A stretch of DNA of 61,977 nt, the filler included, from Babesia bigemina (Eukaryota): assembly GCF_000981445.1 (NCBI RefSeq). It is 7 parts of 7 records of this genome, joined end to end, with 100 filler letters (N's around TTAATTAATTAA, not from the genome) between each part and the next. Parts side by side here need not be neighbours in the genome. Positions count along the whole stretch, not along the records: positions 38,702 to 53,887 come from NW_012237240.1; 6 more parts are not named here. One strand, given 5' to 3'. Made by a program: the position numbers and the translations under genes. The stretch's first letter is position 1. Every line of letters starts with the position of its first letter. The notes below the pieces were generated by a model, which worked only from the letters and a program-made list of their open reading frames with translations, did not search any database and was not told where the DNA came from. This document shows, piece after piece, positions 41,801-52,058 of the stretch.

Positions 41801-44236
41801 AATCTTGGTAAGACCGCTGGTCAAATTATAAGGATTTTCCGAGTTTTCACCTAACATATCTTTCAACTCCTTCAGAAGCGTTTGAGCGCCTTTGTTGTCC
41901 GTCGAGTTGAATTTATTTTCATCTCGTTTATTAACTAGCTTTGTCAACGCTGCTAGTTCGTTCTGAATGTCCTCGAAAGCGGATGTGAAGGTAGCGTCTC
42001 TCTCATTCAGCATGGTTTCGACGCCATTGGCATTAAGTTCCTTCAGACTTTCTGTCTCAATGTTCTTTACTGCCTGCGGAAAAGTACCTTCATTTGCGTC
42101 TGCTGTTCCGGTCAGCTTACCGCCTCTAGTTGAAACGTTGGATGCGTCCAACTGTTTTTTGTAGCCTCCAAAGTGATTCGAGAGCTCGAATTTCTCTTTC
42201 AGGCCTCCTCCGTGTTCAGTCCCGATCTGCTTATCTAGTGCTTCACTAATTGTTTTTTGTATATTGTCAGTTAACTTTACCTTTCCAGAGGTATAAGCTT
42301 TGGTGGCTTCGTAAGCGTCTCCATCATGCAGGGATTTGGTTAGAAGTGCATCGTGAAATGCCTTCTCAAGCGTCTTAGTCACTTCAAGAGCAGCGTGTAT
42401 GTTGGTGCTCATCATGGAATCATTTGTGGCAAACGAATACAGTTCCGCTCCGATTTGCTTGGCAGCAACGACGAGTTCGATAAGGATGTATTTGATGGCA
42501 TATTTTAGCTGTAAATTGTCCGTGGAGCGTAGATCACTCCTTAACGCTACTTCAACTTCATTTGCTATAGCCTTTACAAAGCTATCATTGCTATCGTTCT
42601 TAAGTTTCTGTCCAAGTTTCGTAGAGAAATTACCGCATCCAACTTGAACAGCACTGACGTAATCATCGATGGTTTTGGTTAAAGCATCATCTTCCTGTTG
42701 TATTTGTTGTTGAACCATTGTAGCGGAAATATCAATAAATTCGTCAGTAAGCTGCTTCTTGATAGTTTGTACGATTTGCAAAATGCCATCTTCATTAAAT
42801 TCAGTTTTCTCATCATCCCATTTTCCCAACAGCTTGTCCTTGTCGCCACGAAGACTGGTGACATACTTTAGAAGTAACCCTCTAACGAACTCGTCATGTT
42901 TCAAAATTTCGGTCAGCCAATCCGCTACTTTATCACCAAATGTCTTGCCACCATCACCACCGTCATCCTTAGTGAACTCTGTAGCCCATTCCTTCACTGC
43001 ATTCACAACATCTTTAAGGCCCTCATTGTTATCAGTGTCACCGCCTTTAATTTTTTTTATCAATTTTTGGACTTCATCAACATACCCCCTCACGTACTTG
43101 TCGATCCCGCTTAAAAGTTGCACTTTCACTTGTTCCAAGCCATCCTTAACCGTCCTATCTAACATGAGAACATCCGCCAAAGCTTTCTCAACTTTCTTCT
43201 GAACAGTATTTCGGGCTGCAATCGCTGCTTTCCGGAGTTTATGGGCTTTCTCCTTTAATGTCTCAGCGCGCTGCAAAATCAGTGGACCACTTTGCCCTTT
43301 CTTATTGTCCTTATGATCCTTATTAACTCCCTTCAGTATCTCATCACACTTATTTATAGCCTTATTCATAACCTCCGTCGCCGTACCGATCCATGCGCTA
43401 AGTTGCTTCTTGGTCTCAGTCAACTTCTCATTCACATTCTCAATCGGTATCCGAATTTGCACATCAAAGTCGGAGCTAATTTTATTTTGCATGACCCTAA
43501 CAAGCTCTTCTGCTCTATTGTTTACAGCGGTCTGCATATTATTGAGTTCATCTTTTGCTGTGTTAACCACGGCTTTTAATTCATTGTTTTTTGCTGCCGC
43601 CGCGAATTTCTCAACCTCCAATTCCACCCGCTGTACATTGTCTCTTAGTTTTTTTTGCAGCTCAGGATCTAACACAAAATACGCCGCTTCTGCATTTTTC
43701 ACTGCGTCAGGAAGCTTTTCAGCGTTCCGGATGCATCGATGCAACATGGCAGTGACCTGTTCAGGTTTGCAATATTTTAGGTAGTTAAGTGAACTATTAA
43801 AATTATCAAAATATTCGTTTTGTATGGTGTTAAGTCTATTTCTAAGTGCGCTAGTTCTTTCAGTCACCTCCCTATCCCACTCCCCCAGCGCATCGCTCAC
43901 AGCCGTAACGGCCGCAGACAATCCGCCAGGAGTGTGCATACTGCTTTTAATTGTTTGAAGTGTTTCATCCATCTTAGTATAGTAAGTTGTAACGCTTGGA
44001 TCATCTTTCACCGCACCAAGCACTCCACTCAAAAATCCCATCACTCCGTCACACAGCCTATCCAGGTCGGAGTAAACAATCCCAGTGCCATCGTAGCCTT
44101 TGGAGTCTTTGTTGAAGCCGAGGAAAGTCTCGAGACCGGAACAGAGGTTGTTAAGGATGTTATTATTAGGCTGTTTTTTAGTGTCAAGTTGCTCAGCAAA
44201 TTCAGCAAGCTTCCTCACAGTCTCAAGAGACGTCAC
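38807..44236 (-). CDS. ves1: VESA/ves-like variant surface antigen G8, ~1809 aa (leader ATG at 44478 out of frame; first in-frame ATG at 44041)
   Basis: GIVYSDLDRLCDGVMGFLSGVLGAVKDDPSV; Cys-rich SPLMSYLNDCLPGHLPH; TM plus HIKSHLHSPSS tail. The frame stays open upstream through a Ser-rich stretch to ~44440. Confidence 0.9.
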   Translation of the reverse strand: MTSLETVRKLAEFAEQLDTKKQPNNNILNNLCSGLETFLGFNKDSKGYDGTGIVYSDLDRLCDGVMGFLSGVLGAVKDDPSVTTYYTKMDETLQTIKSSMHTPGGLSAAVTAVSDALGEWDREVTERTSALRNRLNTIQNEYFDNFNSSLNYLKYCKPEQVTAMLHRCIRNAEKLPDAVKNAEAAYFVLDPELQKKLRDNVQRVELEVEKFAAAAKNNELKAVVNTAKDELNNMQTAVNNRAEELVRVMQNKISSDFDVQIRIPIENVNEKLTETKKQLSAWIGTATEVMNKAINKCDEILKGVNKDHKDNKKGQSGPLILQRAETLKEKAHKLRKAAIAARNTVQKKVEKALADVLMLDRTVKDGLEQVKVQLLSGIDKYVRGYVDEVQKLIKKIKGGDTDNNEGLKDVVNAVKEWATEFTKDDGGDGGKTFGDKVADWLTEILKHDEFVRGLLLKYVTSLRGDKDKLLGKWDDEKTEFNEDGILQIVQTIKKQLTDEFIDISATMVQQQIQQEDDALTKTIDDYVSAVQVGCGNFSTKLGQKLKNDSNDSFVKAIANEVEVALRSDLRSTDNLQLKYAIKYILIELVVAAKQIGAELYSFATNDSMMSTNIHAALEVTKTLEKAFHDALLTKSLHDGDAYEATKAYTSGKVKLTDNIQKTISEALDKQIGTEHGGGLKEKFELSNHFGGYKKQLDASNVSTRGGKLTGTADANEGTFPQAVKNIETESLKELNANGVETMLNERDATFTSAFEDIQNELAALTKLVNKRDENKFNSTDNKGAQTLLKELKDMLGENSENPYNLTSGLTKIRNDVTLILGTGIEEKYDYNLKTIVEKAKKFYDKVMQKWAHETITNLKAYVEEQVRVKTTNIQGKAQQEYYTKIKEMFTVMDSRVTANITTINEKIDESLQSGVKGLISKMKNEINPIKEANNVKTLTGLSAKAYSLFKCIAIYARADLQKLDNNFNQLENFEKHIENFASALNLHAHFSHPVSLRLSTLSSLSSALDPQALPDAGRPVLRALRDGMLGFVGELGKGYVSRYDGGETVDMINLVTFKDGKLDGLTDNGRNLSKVFLTTLETLMENFAELRQACKTGGKRYENRIRLYDETSRKEKIKNHLGHWFKGRGFRVSEFDKQDGELKNNDDFKGLHVLRAMLKSGNSQSSDKGIYETENNTDGALDKLFKHLGEYYDVCHLNHISKPKTPCNIYEMLVWLTGLPHRQVQTSMRDVTILDVIDNINKVNKKESDISKKSDAEMDTDIVDGPTISLVEAEDTSLDAYPRKVSYENMRSVVTHICLTSHDILCTIAGHGDEFTMYAVDYSNNSMQFQYPASGQDCLDMFLDILRRLLPTLSFLKTQCGLKTEHHGWYDCEYGMNTAPAKWPCKEHSSEKATDQPNTQPKCQPTCQANSKVKCQPTSPLMSYLNDCLPGHLPHHLTKIGCKYECATCPSTSKKGMPCLTPLGFRGFSGSTKKGRDVCKVLTKFLDNVDISCLFTLIPKPPTTLPEHFGFALSFAQYINTNKPLYVRSDTFSYAFESAIAAQSVDLYKNPYELTKSIADAYGSDAVRHSQCESYHLRNLTINGICKQGEDRINCASYVSSLCNYSYEVIAYNHAHLYLSWAIYLPWTFWDLLNNLYNAFCSINCQDWGCRGCLRGDKCKKGGHGVVDEDKPNNKCQCLSIVDCKGVAPTLYQYGFVFGEASTLNDKNAPKKCSDFCSQLKNVLNSKYFEKLFEECDNFLWIIRQPFSYLVLTLWLLSLLYLLHIMVVRLDLLHIKSHLHSPSSHRIAAQSLLAAGRVNKLNRVFYLQP

Positions 44237-44507
44237 CTGGGTAGGAAGGGAGTCAAGGGACTTGGAATCTTTTTCAGTAAGCGGTGGATTTTTAGTATTT
44301 TGACGGTTTTTAAGGCTCTCTAGTACACTTTTAAGCTCCTCAATTTTCTCACTAATTTTATTAGTCCAACCAGTGGAAGAGGAGGATGATGAAGAGGCAC
44401 CAGATGAGGAAGATGGAGTAGAGGAAGGGGTAGAAGGAGGTCAAGGCACAAGTTATTGCTATGGTTTATAGAGGTCATAGCGGTATTATGGCGAGGTAAT
44501 TCGAGGG

Positions 44508-45682
44508 GTGTAGAGTGGATAAAGGGGCGATGTAGAGTGGGTTAAGGGGCAATGAAGAGTGGGTTAGGGAGCGATGTAGAGTGGACAAAGGGGCGATGTA
44601 GAGTGGATAAAGGGGCGATGTAGAGTGGATAAAGGTGCGATGTAGAGTGGATAAAGGGCGATGTAGAGTGGATAAAGGGGCGATGTAGAGTGGGTTAGGG
44701 AGCGATGTAGAGTGGATTAAGGGGCGATGTAGAGTGGATAAAGGGGCGATGTAGAGTGGGTAAAGGAGCGATGTGGAGTGGGTTAAAGGGCGATGTAGAG
44801 TGGGTAAAGGAGCGATGTGGAGTGGGTAAAGGGGCGATGTAGAGTGGATAAAGGGGCGATGTAGAGTGGATAGAGGAGCGATGTAGAGTGGGTTAAGGAG
44901 CGATGTAGAGTGGATAGAGGAGCGATGTAGAGTGGGTTAAGGAGCGATGTAGAGCGGGTTAAGGGGCGATGTAGAGTGGGTTAAGGAGCGATGTAGAGCG
45001 GGTTAAGGGGCGATGTAGAGTGGATAGAGGAGCGATGTAGAGTGGGTTAAGGAGCGATGTAGAGCGGGTTAAGGGGCGATGTAGAGTGGGTTAGGGAGCG
45101 ATGTAGAGTGGATTAAGGGGCGATGTAGAGTGGATAAAGGGGCGATGTAGAGTGGATAAGGGAGCGATGTAGAGTGGGTTAAGGGGCGATGTAGAATGGA
45201 TAAAGGGGCGATGTAGAATGGATAAAGGGGCGATGTAGAGTGGGTTAAGGAGCGATGTGGAGTGGGTAAAGGGGCGACGTAGAGTGGGTTAGGGACGATG
45301 TGGAGTGGGTAAAGGGGCGACGTAGAGTGGGTTAGGGGCGATGTGGAGTGGGTAAAGGAGCGATGTGGAGTGGGTTAAGGGGCGATGTGGAGTGGGTTAA
45401 GGAGCGATGTAGAGTTGGTTAAGGGGCGATGTAGAGTTGGTTAAGGGGCGATGTAGAGTGGGTTAAGGGGCGATGTGGAGTGGGTAAGGGGCGATGTAGA
45501 GTGGGTTAGGGAGCGATGTGGAGTGGATAAGGGAGCGATGTAGAGTGGATAAAGGGGCGATGTAGAGTGGATAAAGGAGCGATGTGGAGTGGGTTAAGGA
45601 GCGATGTAGAGTGGGTTAAGGAGCGATGTAGAGTGGGTTAAGGGGCGATGTGGAGTGGGTTAAGGGGCGATGTAGAGTGGAT
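44508..45682. repeat. 22-bp satellite
   Basis: G-rich on +, upstream of G8. Confidence 0.97.
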
Positions 45683-45714
45683 AATAATCACCACTTAGGT
45701 CAGGTGGTTGATCA

Positions 45715-45860
45715 CCACTGCCATCGCTGGCGTGAATATATCATCGCTGCCGTGTCCATGTCCTCGCTGCCGTGTCCATGTCCTCGCTGCCGTGTCCATG
45801 TCCTCGCTGCCGTGTCCATGTCCTCGCTGCCGTAACCATGTCATCGCTGCCGTAAGCATC
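45715..45860. repeat. 20-bp tandem repeat
   Basis: TCCTCGCTGCCGTGTCCATG variant, period 20. Confidence 0.94.
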
Positions 45861-46370
45861 AACTTGGTCATGGCATTGGTCAACACATTGGTCATCGCAT
45901 TGGTCATCACTTTGGTCAGCTGTTTGGTCAGCACTTTGGTCACCACGTTGGTCATGGCATTGGTCAGCACTTTGGTCAACACGTTGGTCACCACCTTGGT
46001 CACCACCTTGGTCACCACTTTGGTCAGCACATAGGTCAACACTTTGGTCAGCACTTTGGTCAGCACTTTGGTCATGGCATTGGTCAGCACTTTGTCATGG
46101 TATTGGTCAGCACATTGGTCAACACGTTGGTCACCACTTTGGTCATGGCATTGGTCAGCACATTGGTCAGCACATTGGTCAGCACCTTGGTCAACACTTT
46201 GGTCAGCACCTTGGTCAACAGGTTGGTCAGCACTTTGGTCACCACTTTGGTCACCACTTTGGTCATGGCATTGGTCAACACTTTGGGCAGCATCTTGGTC
46301 AGCACCTTGGTCACCACTTTGTCAGCATTTTGGTCGGCACCTTGGTCAGCACCTTGGTCAGCACTTTAGT
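45861..46370. repeat. 12-bp tandem repeat
   Basis: TTGGTCA every 12 nt, downstream of G9. Confidence 0.95.
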
Positions 46371-46489
46371 TAACTACTACACAATCACATACAACGGTTA
46401 ATGAGTGATATAACAGATTAAAGCACAATTCATTGGTTAGGTGAGTAGGTGATGCTAGGTGAGTGTAGATAGTAAACACGTGAGTACGA

Positions 46490-49400
46490 TTACGGTTGCA
46501 GATAAAACACCCTGTTTAGCTTGCCAACGCGTGCAGCAGCAAGTAGTGATTGCGCAGCAATGCGATGTGATGAGGGTGAGTGCAAGTGCGATTTGATGTG
46601 GAGCAGGTCGAGGCGGATGACCATGATGTGGAGGAGGTAGAGGAAGGAGAGGAGCCAGAGGGCGACGTTGAGCCAGATGAAGGGTTGTCTGAGGTCGAAC
46701 AAAAATTTAGGGATTGTGACGAATGCAAGTGTATGAAGCGCATTGCCAACCTGCAGCACGTTCTCCAGTGCTGCGCGTAAGTCTCGGCAGGTTCTCTTTT
46801 CGTGATCATTGTATGCGCCATGTAATGTTGATGGGCTTTTTAAGGCAAAACCGTAATGGTACAATGTTGGAATAGTGGCAGGGCATTGAACGATGGAAAT
46901 ACATGCCGCATCGTGTTTGGACTCTCTAGCTAGCGGGAGGTCCTGCAACGTCGAACAATTTCTAACGCAGACTTTACGGTAACACCTTGATCCGGGTGTA
47001 TTGCACCTTTTACAACATTCATCGTACAATGCTCTTAGTAGTTTATAAAACGTCTCCGTTAAGTAGACAATCCACGAGAGATATTGACCACCGTGTTTTT
47101 CGGAGAATGATCCGTAGATGTCGTAACATAAGGGTCGAAGATACGGACCACAGTGATGAGCTGATGTATACTTCGGATCATACTTGCACCTAACCAGAGA
47201 GAACAGATCACCAGTAGAATGCGCCTCGTGGTGCCTGTGACTCGTGAAAATGGTTGTAATATTGAGGCCATCGTACTTGACTCCGAAGTTTGCTTTTGTG
47301 ATAGCATCATCGAATGCATCCTTCCGGTGTTTTCGACCAGATTGGTGGAGATCACTCCACTCATATAGGAAATGATAGTAAAACCCGAACATATCTGCCA
47401 GCGTCTTCGGCGCACTGGGAAGTAAGCAATTTATGTGACTGCATAGTTTAGTGAGTGGAGCATCATCACTGCCGCAAAAACTTTCGAGGATGCTCAAAAG
47501 ATGCTCTCCAGTTTGACGATGAGATGCCGTCTGACTTATATCTGAGAAACCCATCGGCGTTTTACATGGTATGTTGACATGATTTGTGACTATGCAGTTA
47601 AGTTTACCGGACTTTCCATCGAGGGTATGCGGCAAGAAGCCTTGAAGCCCGTCTTCTAAGAACGATTGGAGCGGTGACTTAATGCCGCACTCGTATTGTT
47701 GGTTGCACTTTTGGTTGCATATTTGCTTGTGCTCTTGTTTAGCAGTTTGGTCGGCACTTTGGTTGGGACATTGGAGGCTGTTGCACCTCCACGATGATAC
47801 GCCTACATCTCTTCCGTACCAACAGTCACGCCAACCGCCAAGCCCACTCTCGTACGAGCATCGCTGGTATAGGAAATAGCATTGCTGGTGGAGATGCTTC
47901 AGAACATCATATAACATACATATTAATGCGTTCATGTTGCTAGGATATAGGAGATTACTTTGGTTGGTGTTAAATTCACAGGCATATACTCCATTCGCAT
48001 GGCCGTGGCCGTGTATACCGATCACTAATATTTCAGCGTGATGGCATACAGCCGTAAGTTCGTCTCTTAAGTTAGATGCTGTTATGCTTTTCGGATAGGA
48101 CGGTAACGACTCGTCGTCTTCCGTCTTGATGGAGATGTCTATGTCTACAGTATTTACATTATCGGGCTTGTCAAACAGATCACCAAATCCGTTCAGCATC
48201 AAGTTTTCGTATACCGAATTATACGTCAGGCCGCACAACCAACGAAGCATTTCATTAACTGAAGAAGGATGCCTACCCGGATATGGAGTGCTTAGATGCC
48301 GAACACGGTAGTAATGGTGAAGGTATTCGTAAAGTTCTTGTAGAATGCCATTATGTTTACCGAGATACGTAAAAAGCTGTTTCTTAGTCAATAGCGTCCC
48401 GATGATCATACCGGTAAGACCGCATCTCAACTCTCCGTCTTGCACTTCAGAGGATGACGGAATATCGTAGCCGTGGCCACTCAGAATTTCCGCAAGGGGA
48501 TAATTCTCACCACTTTTGAATATTGGTTTTTTACACAAATCGGAGGACATACACGATACGTTGAGATCCATCAATTCGGTGAATATCCGAAGTGTAGTTA
48601 GGAAAGCTTTAGCGGAATACTGCGTTTCGGGATTGCGTTCGTCCCAGTCGATAGTATGACCAGAATACGCGTTGACGTAAGCCTTCCCAATTTCCTTTAG
48701 GAAACAACTTAGCCCTATTTTCATAGGCACGAGAAGATCTTTGGACAAATCTCTAAACGTTTCCGGGTTGAAATTACTCAATGCCTCACCATATATATGA
48801 CGCATTTTAACAACATGATGGTCAAAATGTCGTGACTTGATAATTTGGCGCAGAAGTCGCAGAAAAGTTTCCGATAGATGTTTGATTTCTGATTGATTGC
48901 ATATCACATCGCTTTGATTACTGAAGCATTTGACGAACATATTGAAACCTTCGTCAATGCATGAGGCCGCCCAGCCAAGTCGCGAATCTTTAGGAAGTTC
49001 CACAAAGGAATCGTATTGTTTTATCGTACTAATTCCATTGATTTTAATAACAAATGTTGTGCCGAACGTCTTCATGAACCCTTTAAATCCAATTTCTAAA
49101 TCTTCAGCTATTTGTTTTGGCAGCGGTTCCAACTCCTCATTGATTTTGTCTGCAAATGATATGAGTAAGTCTTTGATTGAGGTAACGTAATTTTTACGCG
49201 CTAGGGTGGTAAGTGTAGAAATGGCAGTTTTTACTTCGGAATCAACAAAGGTGTTAAGTGAATCTAAGCAATCCTTTTGGAATTTAGGAGCGTGTGTTTC
49301 AACGAAAAACTTGGTTTCTTTGATGGTTTCGAAAAGGTTTGTTATTCTTAGATTGTCAAGGTTATCTCTGATTTTTTTTAACTTGACTTCGATCTTCTCA

Positions 49401-52033
49401 TTTTGCAGAACTACTAAATTTCCATGAACATCCTCCCCGTTACGTTTGACAGCATTGCAAAGGTCGTCTAGGGTGCTGGTAACATCCTGGAAATGTTGTT
49501 GAGCTTCTTTATCATAATTTTTAATTTCTGCTAATGCTTCCTCTACTCCTCTCATAATATCCCCAATCGCCTTGGGGAGGGTGCCTTCGTTGGCATTTTT
49601 TCCTCCGGTTAGAGGTGACGCGGTCTCCATGATACCCTGTGCTTCCTGATTGACACAACCATTGTAATTCCGAAACCATTCGTTTGTGTCGAGTTGAACG
49701 TGAGTGGATTTTCTTGCGCTGTCCTGCGTCAATTTTGCTTCCAGCGTCTCCGCCACTTTTGTGATAGCCTTATCAACATCGTCGGCATAATTGGTGCCGG
49801 TGAATGCGCCAGTTGCCGTGTTAAGCTTACTAAGCAAGTTACTAGCATTAGTGTACGCCTCATTAATTTTTTCTGCAATGCTTGGGGGATTGGATCCGAA
49901 CGGCCTATTCTCGAGTGCGAATGAATGTAATTCGGCTGCCGCCCCTCTCGCCATATCAACGAGCACTTTTAGGGTATGACGCACCGCAGATTTCAAGTAT
50001 TCTTTGGGATCCGAACCGGATACCAAGTGAGCAAATGACCCTAAATCAGGGTCAATTACTTTAGCAATCTTTTCGACGATCGTTGTCCTAGCGTCGTCTT
50101 CAATATCCTTCTCAAGTTCATCGGCAAATCGCTCACAGACACATTGCACAGCTTTCAAATACGCTTCAATTTTATTTCCTTCGTCTTCCGCCGCTGCGAT
50201 CATGTGTTGGGCAACTTCCATTTCGCCCTTACCGAGCTCTCCTATAATTGCGCTTGCCATTTTTTTAGTAATCGCAGTATCTCTTATTTGTCCGTCGTGA
50301 TCGTATGGCAATTGAACGGTTCTATGGCTCTGCATTTGCTCACCATAGTCAAGCATCCATCGTTTAACCATATCATTTCCCAAGATATCTTCGAGCCAAT
50401 CGCGTACTTTTTCCGCGAGCTTACTGCTTTCAAACTCCGAAGCGTAATCTTTAATGCCTTCTATAGCACCTTCCAAACCCATGTAAAGTCCGTTGTTTGT
50501 TCCCTTTATTTGCGAAACCTTTTTCCGTATATGATCGAAAATGCCTTTAATATTTTTGTCGGTGTCCAGTGTGATTCCTGTGAAAGCGTCCCCTAGCAAC
50601 TTAATCTTCTTACTAACATTTTCTACAACACTAGTAATTTCTTTCTTCACGGTATACATATCTTCTTTCAGTTTTCCATCCATTGTTTTCACCTCCGTGA
50701 GCGCAATTCCGACATTCTCCTGAGCGACACCTACAGCCTTATTCCCCGCCGTAAATAGCAGCGTAACTTTTTGCTTCAAATCCTTCGCCGCCTTATCAAT
50801 CTTATTCCATTTGGCCGTTAAGTTACCATTGTTATCCCACGTTACCTCTTTCAATACGTTCTCAGCTTTCACAATTGCGGGGGCAACCATTTTTCTAGTC
50901 TCATATATCCACCAATCTAATTCACTTACATACTGCTTGAGCAACTTATTAACGCCCTTAAGCTTGGTGCGAATAAACGTCACCAATCCTTTCAGATTGT
51001 GTACAAGCTGCTCAACATCCGTTTTAATTTTCTCTTTAACACTTTTCTCAAGCTTCTTTAGTGCGGTGATGCTGTTAAAATATACGCTCCTCAAATCTTG
51101 ACCCGCCTTTTCCGATAGCCTCTGCAGCCTCTTACTCTCATGTTGCACGGCATTCAACGCTACAAGAACATTATCACGTAATTTAGGATTAAGATCATTA
51201 ACGTTCATATTCATGTCTGTTTTGCTAACTAAATCAAATAAGTTATTAAACACATTGGCATGATTTTTACAGTTGTCCAAATGCTTATCCACGGCCTTAA
51301 CGGCCTCATCCTTTTCACCTGCAGGAGAATTATTTTCTACCATTTCACTCACCTGGTTTTTTAGCTCTTCCATCTGTGCTTGAAGTTTTTCAATCGGCTC
51401 TTTCACTTTTTCATTCGACCTCTTCACCCTATCATTATACCCCCGCACCCCTGCGACCACCTGCGCAATCGCATCATTAAAACCTTTTTTACCGGCGTGT
51501 TTATTTTTGTTAAGAATGTCTATTGCATCATTTAAAGTATCTTTATGCTGCCCTAAATGCATGTGGATGTTACTGAGAACACCACTCAAAAATCCCATCA
51601 CTCCGTCACACAGCCTGTCCAAGTCAGAGTACACAATGCCACTGCCGTCGTAGCCTTTGGAGTTTCTATCGTAACCAAGAAAAGTCTGAAGGCCGTCACA
51701 TAAATGCGTTAAAATGTTATTATTTTCAGGTTTTTTAGTAAGTGATTCAGCAAATTCAGCAAGCTTACTCACAGTCTCAAGAGACGCCACCTGGGTAGGA
51801 AGGGAGTCAAGGGACTTGGAATCTTTTTCAGTGAGGTAACCATTATTGGCTTCTTTAAGGTTATTAAGGTTCTCTAGTTTATTTTTAAGCTCCTGAATTT
51901 TCTTAGTAATTCTCTCAGTCCAACTACTAGAAGAAGGAGATGACTGAGAGACACCAGATGAGGGAGGTGGAGTAGAGGAAGGGAAGAGAAGGGTGACAAG
52001 GCACAAGTTATTAGGATGGTTTATAGAGGTCAT
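46490..52033 (-). CDS. ves1: VESA/ves-like variant surface antigen G9, 1847 aa, leader ATG in frame
   Basis: MTSINHPNNLCLV...GIVYSDLDRLCDGVMGFLSGVLSNIHMHLGQH; SPLQSFLEDGL-type Cys-rich domain; TM plus HIKSHLHSPSS tail. Confidence 0.92.
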   Translation of the reverse strand: MTSINHPNNLCLVTLLFPSSTPPPSSGVSQSSPSSSSWTERITKKIQELKNKLENLNNLKEANNGYLTEKDSKSLDSLPTQVASLETVSKLAEFAESLTKKPENNNILTHLCDGLQTFLGYDRNSKGYDGSGIVYSDLDRLCDGVMGFLSGVLSNIHMHLGQHKDTLNDAIDILNKNKHAGKKGFNDAIAQVVAGVRGYNDRVKRSNEKVKEPIEKLQAQMEELKNQVSEMVENNSPAGEKDEAVKAVDKHLDNCKNHANVFNNLFDLVSKTDMNMNVNDLNPKLRDNVLVALNAVQHESKRLQRLSEKAGQDLRSVYFNSITALKKLEKSVKEKIKTDVEQLVHNLKGLVTFIRTKLKGVNKLLKQYVSELDWWIYETRKMVAPAIVKAENVLKEVTWDNNGNLTAKWNKIDKAAKDLKQKVTLLFTAGNKAVGVAQENVGIALTEVKTMDGKLKEDMYTVKKEITSVVENVSKKIKLLGDAFTGITLDTDKNIKGIFDHIRKKVSQIKGTNNGLYMGLEGAIEGIKDYASEFESSKLAEKVRDWLEDILGNDMVKRWMLDYGEQMQSHRTVQLPYDHDGQIRDTAITKKMASAIIGELGKGEMEVAQHMIAAAEDEGNKIEAYLKAVQCVCERFADELEKDIEDDARTTIVEKIAKVIDPDLGSFAHLVSGSDPKEYLKSAVRHTLKVLVDMARGAAAELHSFALENRPFGSNPPSIAEKINEAYTNASNLLSKLNTATGAFTGTNYADDVDKAITKVAETLEAKLTQDSARKSTHVQLDTNEWFRNYNGCVNQEAQGIMETASPLTGGKNANEGTLPKAIGDIMRGVEEALAEIKNYDKEAQQHFQDVTSTLDDLCNAVKRNGEDVHGNLVVLQNEKIEVKLKKIRDNLDNLRITNLFETIKETKFFVETHAPKFQKDCLDSLNTFVDSEVKTAISTLTTLARKNYVTSIKDLLISFADKINEELEPLPKQIAEDLEIGFKGFMKTFGTTFVIKINGISTIKQYDSFVELPKDSRLGWAASCIDEGFNMFVKCFSNQSDVICNQSEIKHLSETFLRLLRQIIKSRHFDHHVVKMRHIYGEALSNFNPETFRDLSKDLLVPMKIGLSCFLKEIGKAYVNAYSGHTIDWDERNPETQYSAKAFLTTLRIFTELMDLNVSCMSSDLCKKPIFKSGENYPLAEILSGHGYDIPSSSEVQDGELRCGLTGMIIGTLLTKKQLFTYLGKHNGILQELYEYLHHYYRVRHLSTPYPGRHPSSVNEMLRWLCGLTYNSVYENLMLNGFGDLFDKPDNVNTVDIDISIKTEDDESLPSYPKSITASNLRDELTAVCHHAEILVIGIHGHGHANGVYACEFNTNQSNLLYPSNMNALICMLYDVLKHLHQQCYFLYQRCSYESGLGGWRDCWYGRDVGVSSWRCNSLQCPNQSADQTAKQEHKQICNQKCNQQYECGIKSPLQSFLEDGLQGFLPHTLDGKSGKLNCIVTNHVNIPCKTPMGFSDISQTASHRQTGEHLLSILESFCGSDDAPLTKLCSHINCLLPSAPKTLADMFGFYYHFLYEWSDLHQSGRKHRKDAFDDAITKANFGVKYDGLNITTIFTSHRHHEAHSTGDLFSLVRCKYDPKYTSAHHCGPYLRPLCYDIYGSFSEKHGGQYLSWIVYLTETFYKLLRALYDECCKRCNTPGSRCYRKVCVRNCSTLQDLPLARESKHDAACISIVQCPATIPTLYHYGFALKSPSTLHGAYNDHEKRTCRDLRAALENVLQVGNALHTLAFVTIPKFLFDLRQPFIWLNVALWLLSFLYLLHIMVIRLDLLHIKSHLHSPSSHRIAAQSLLAAARVGKLNRVFYLQP

Positions 52034-52058
52034 AGCGGTATTATGGCGAGGTAATTCG

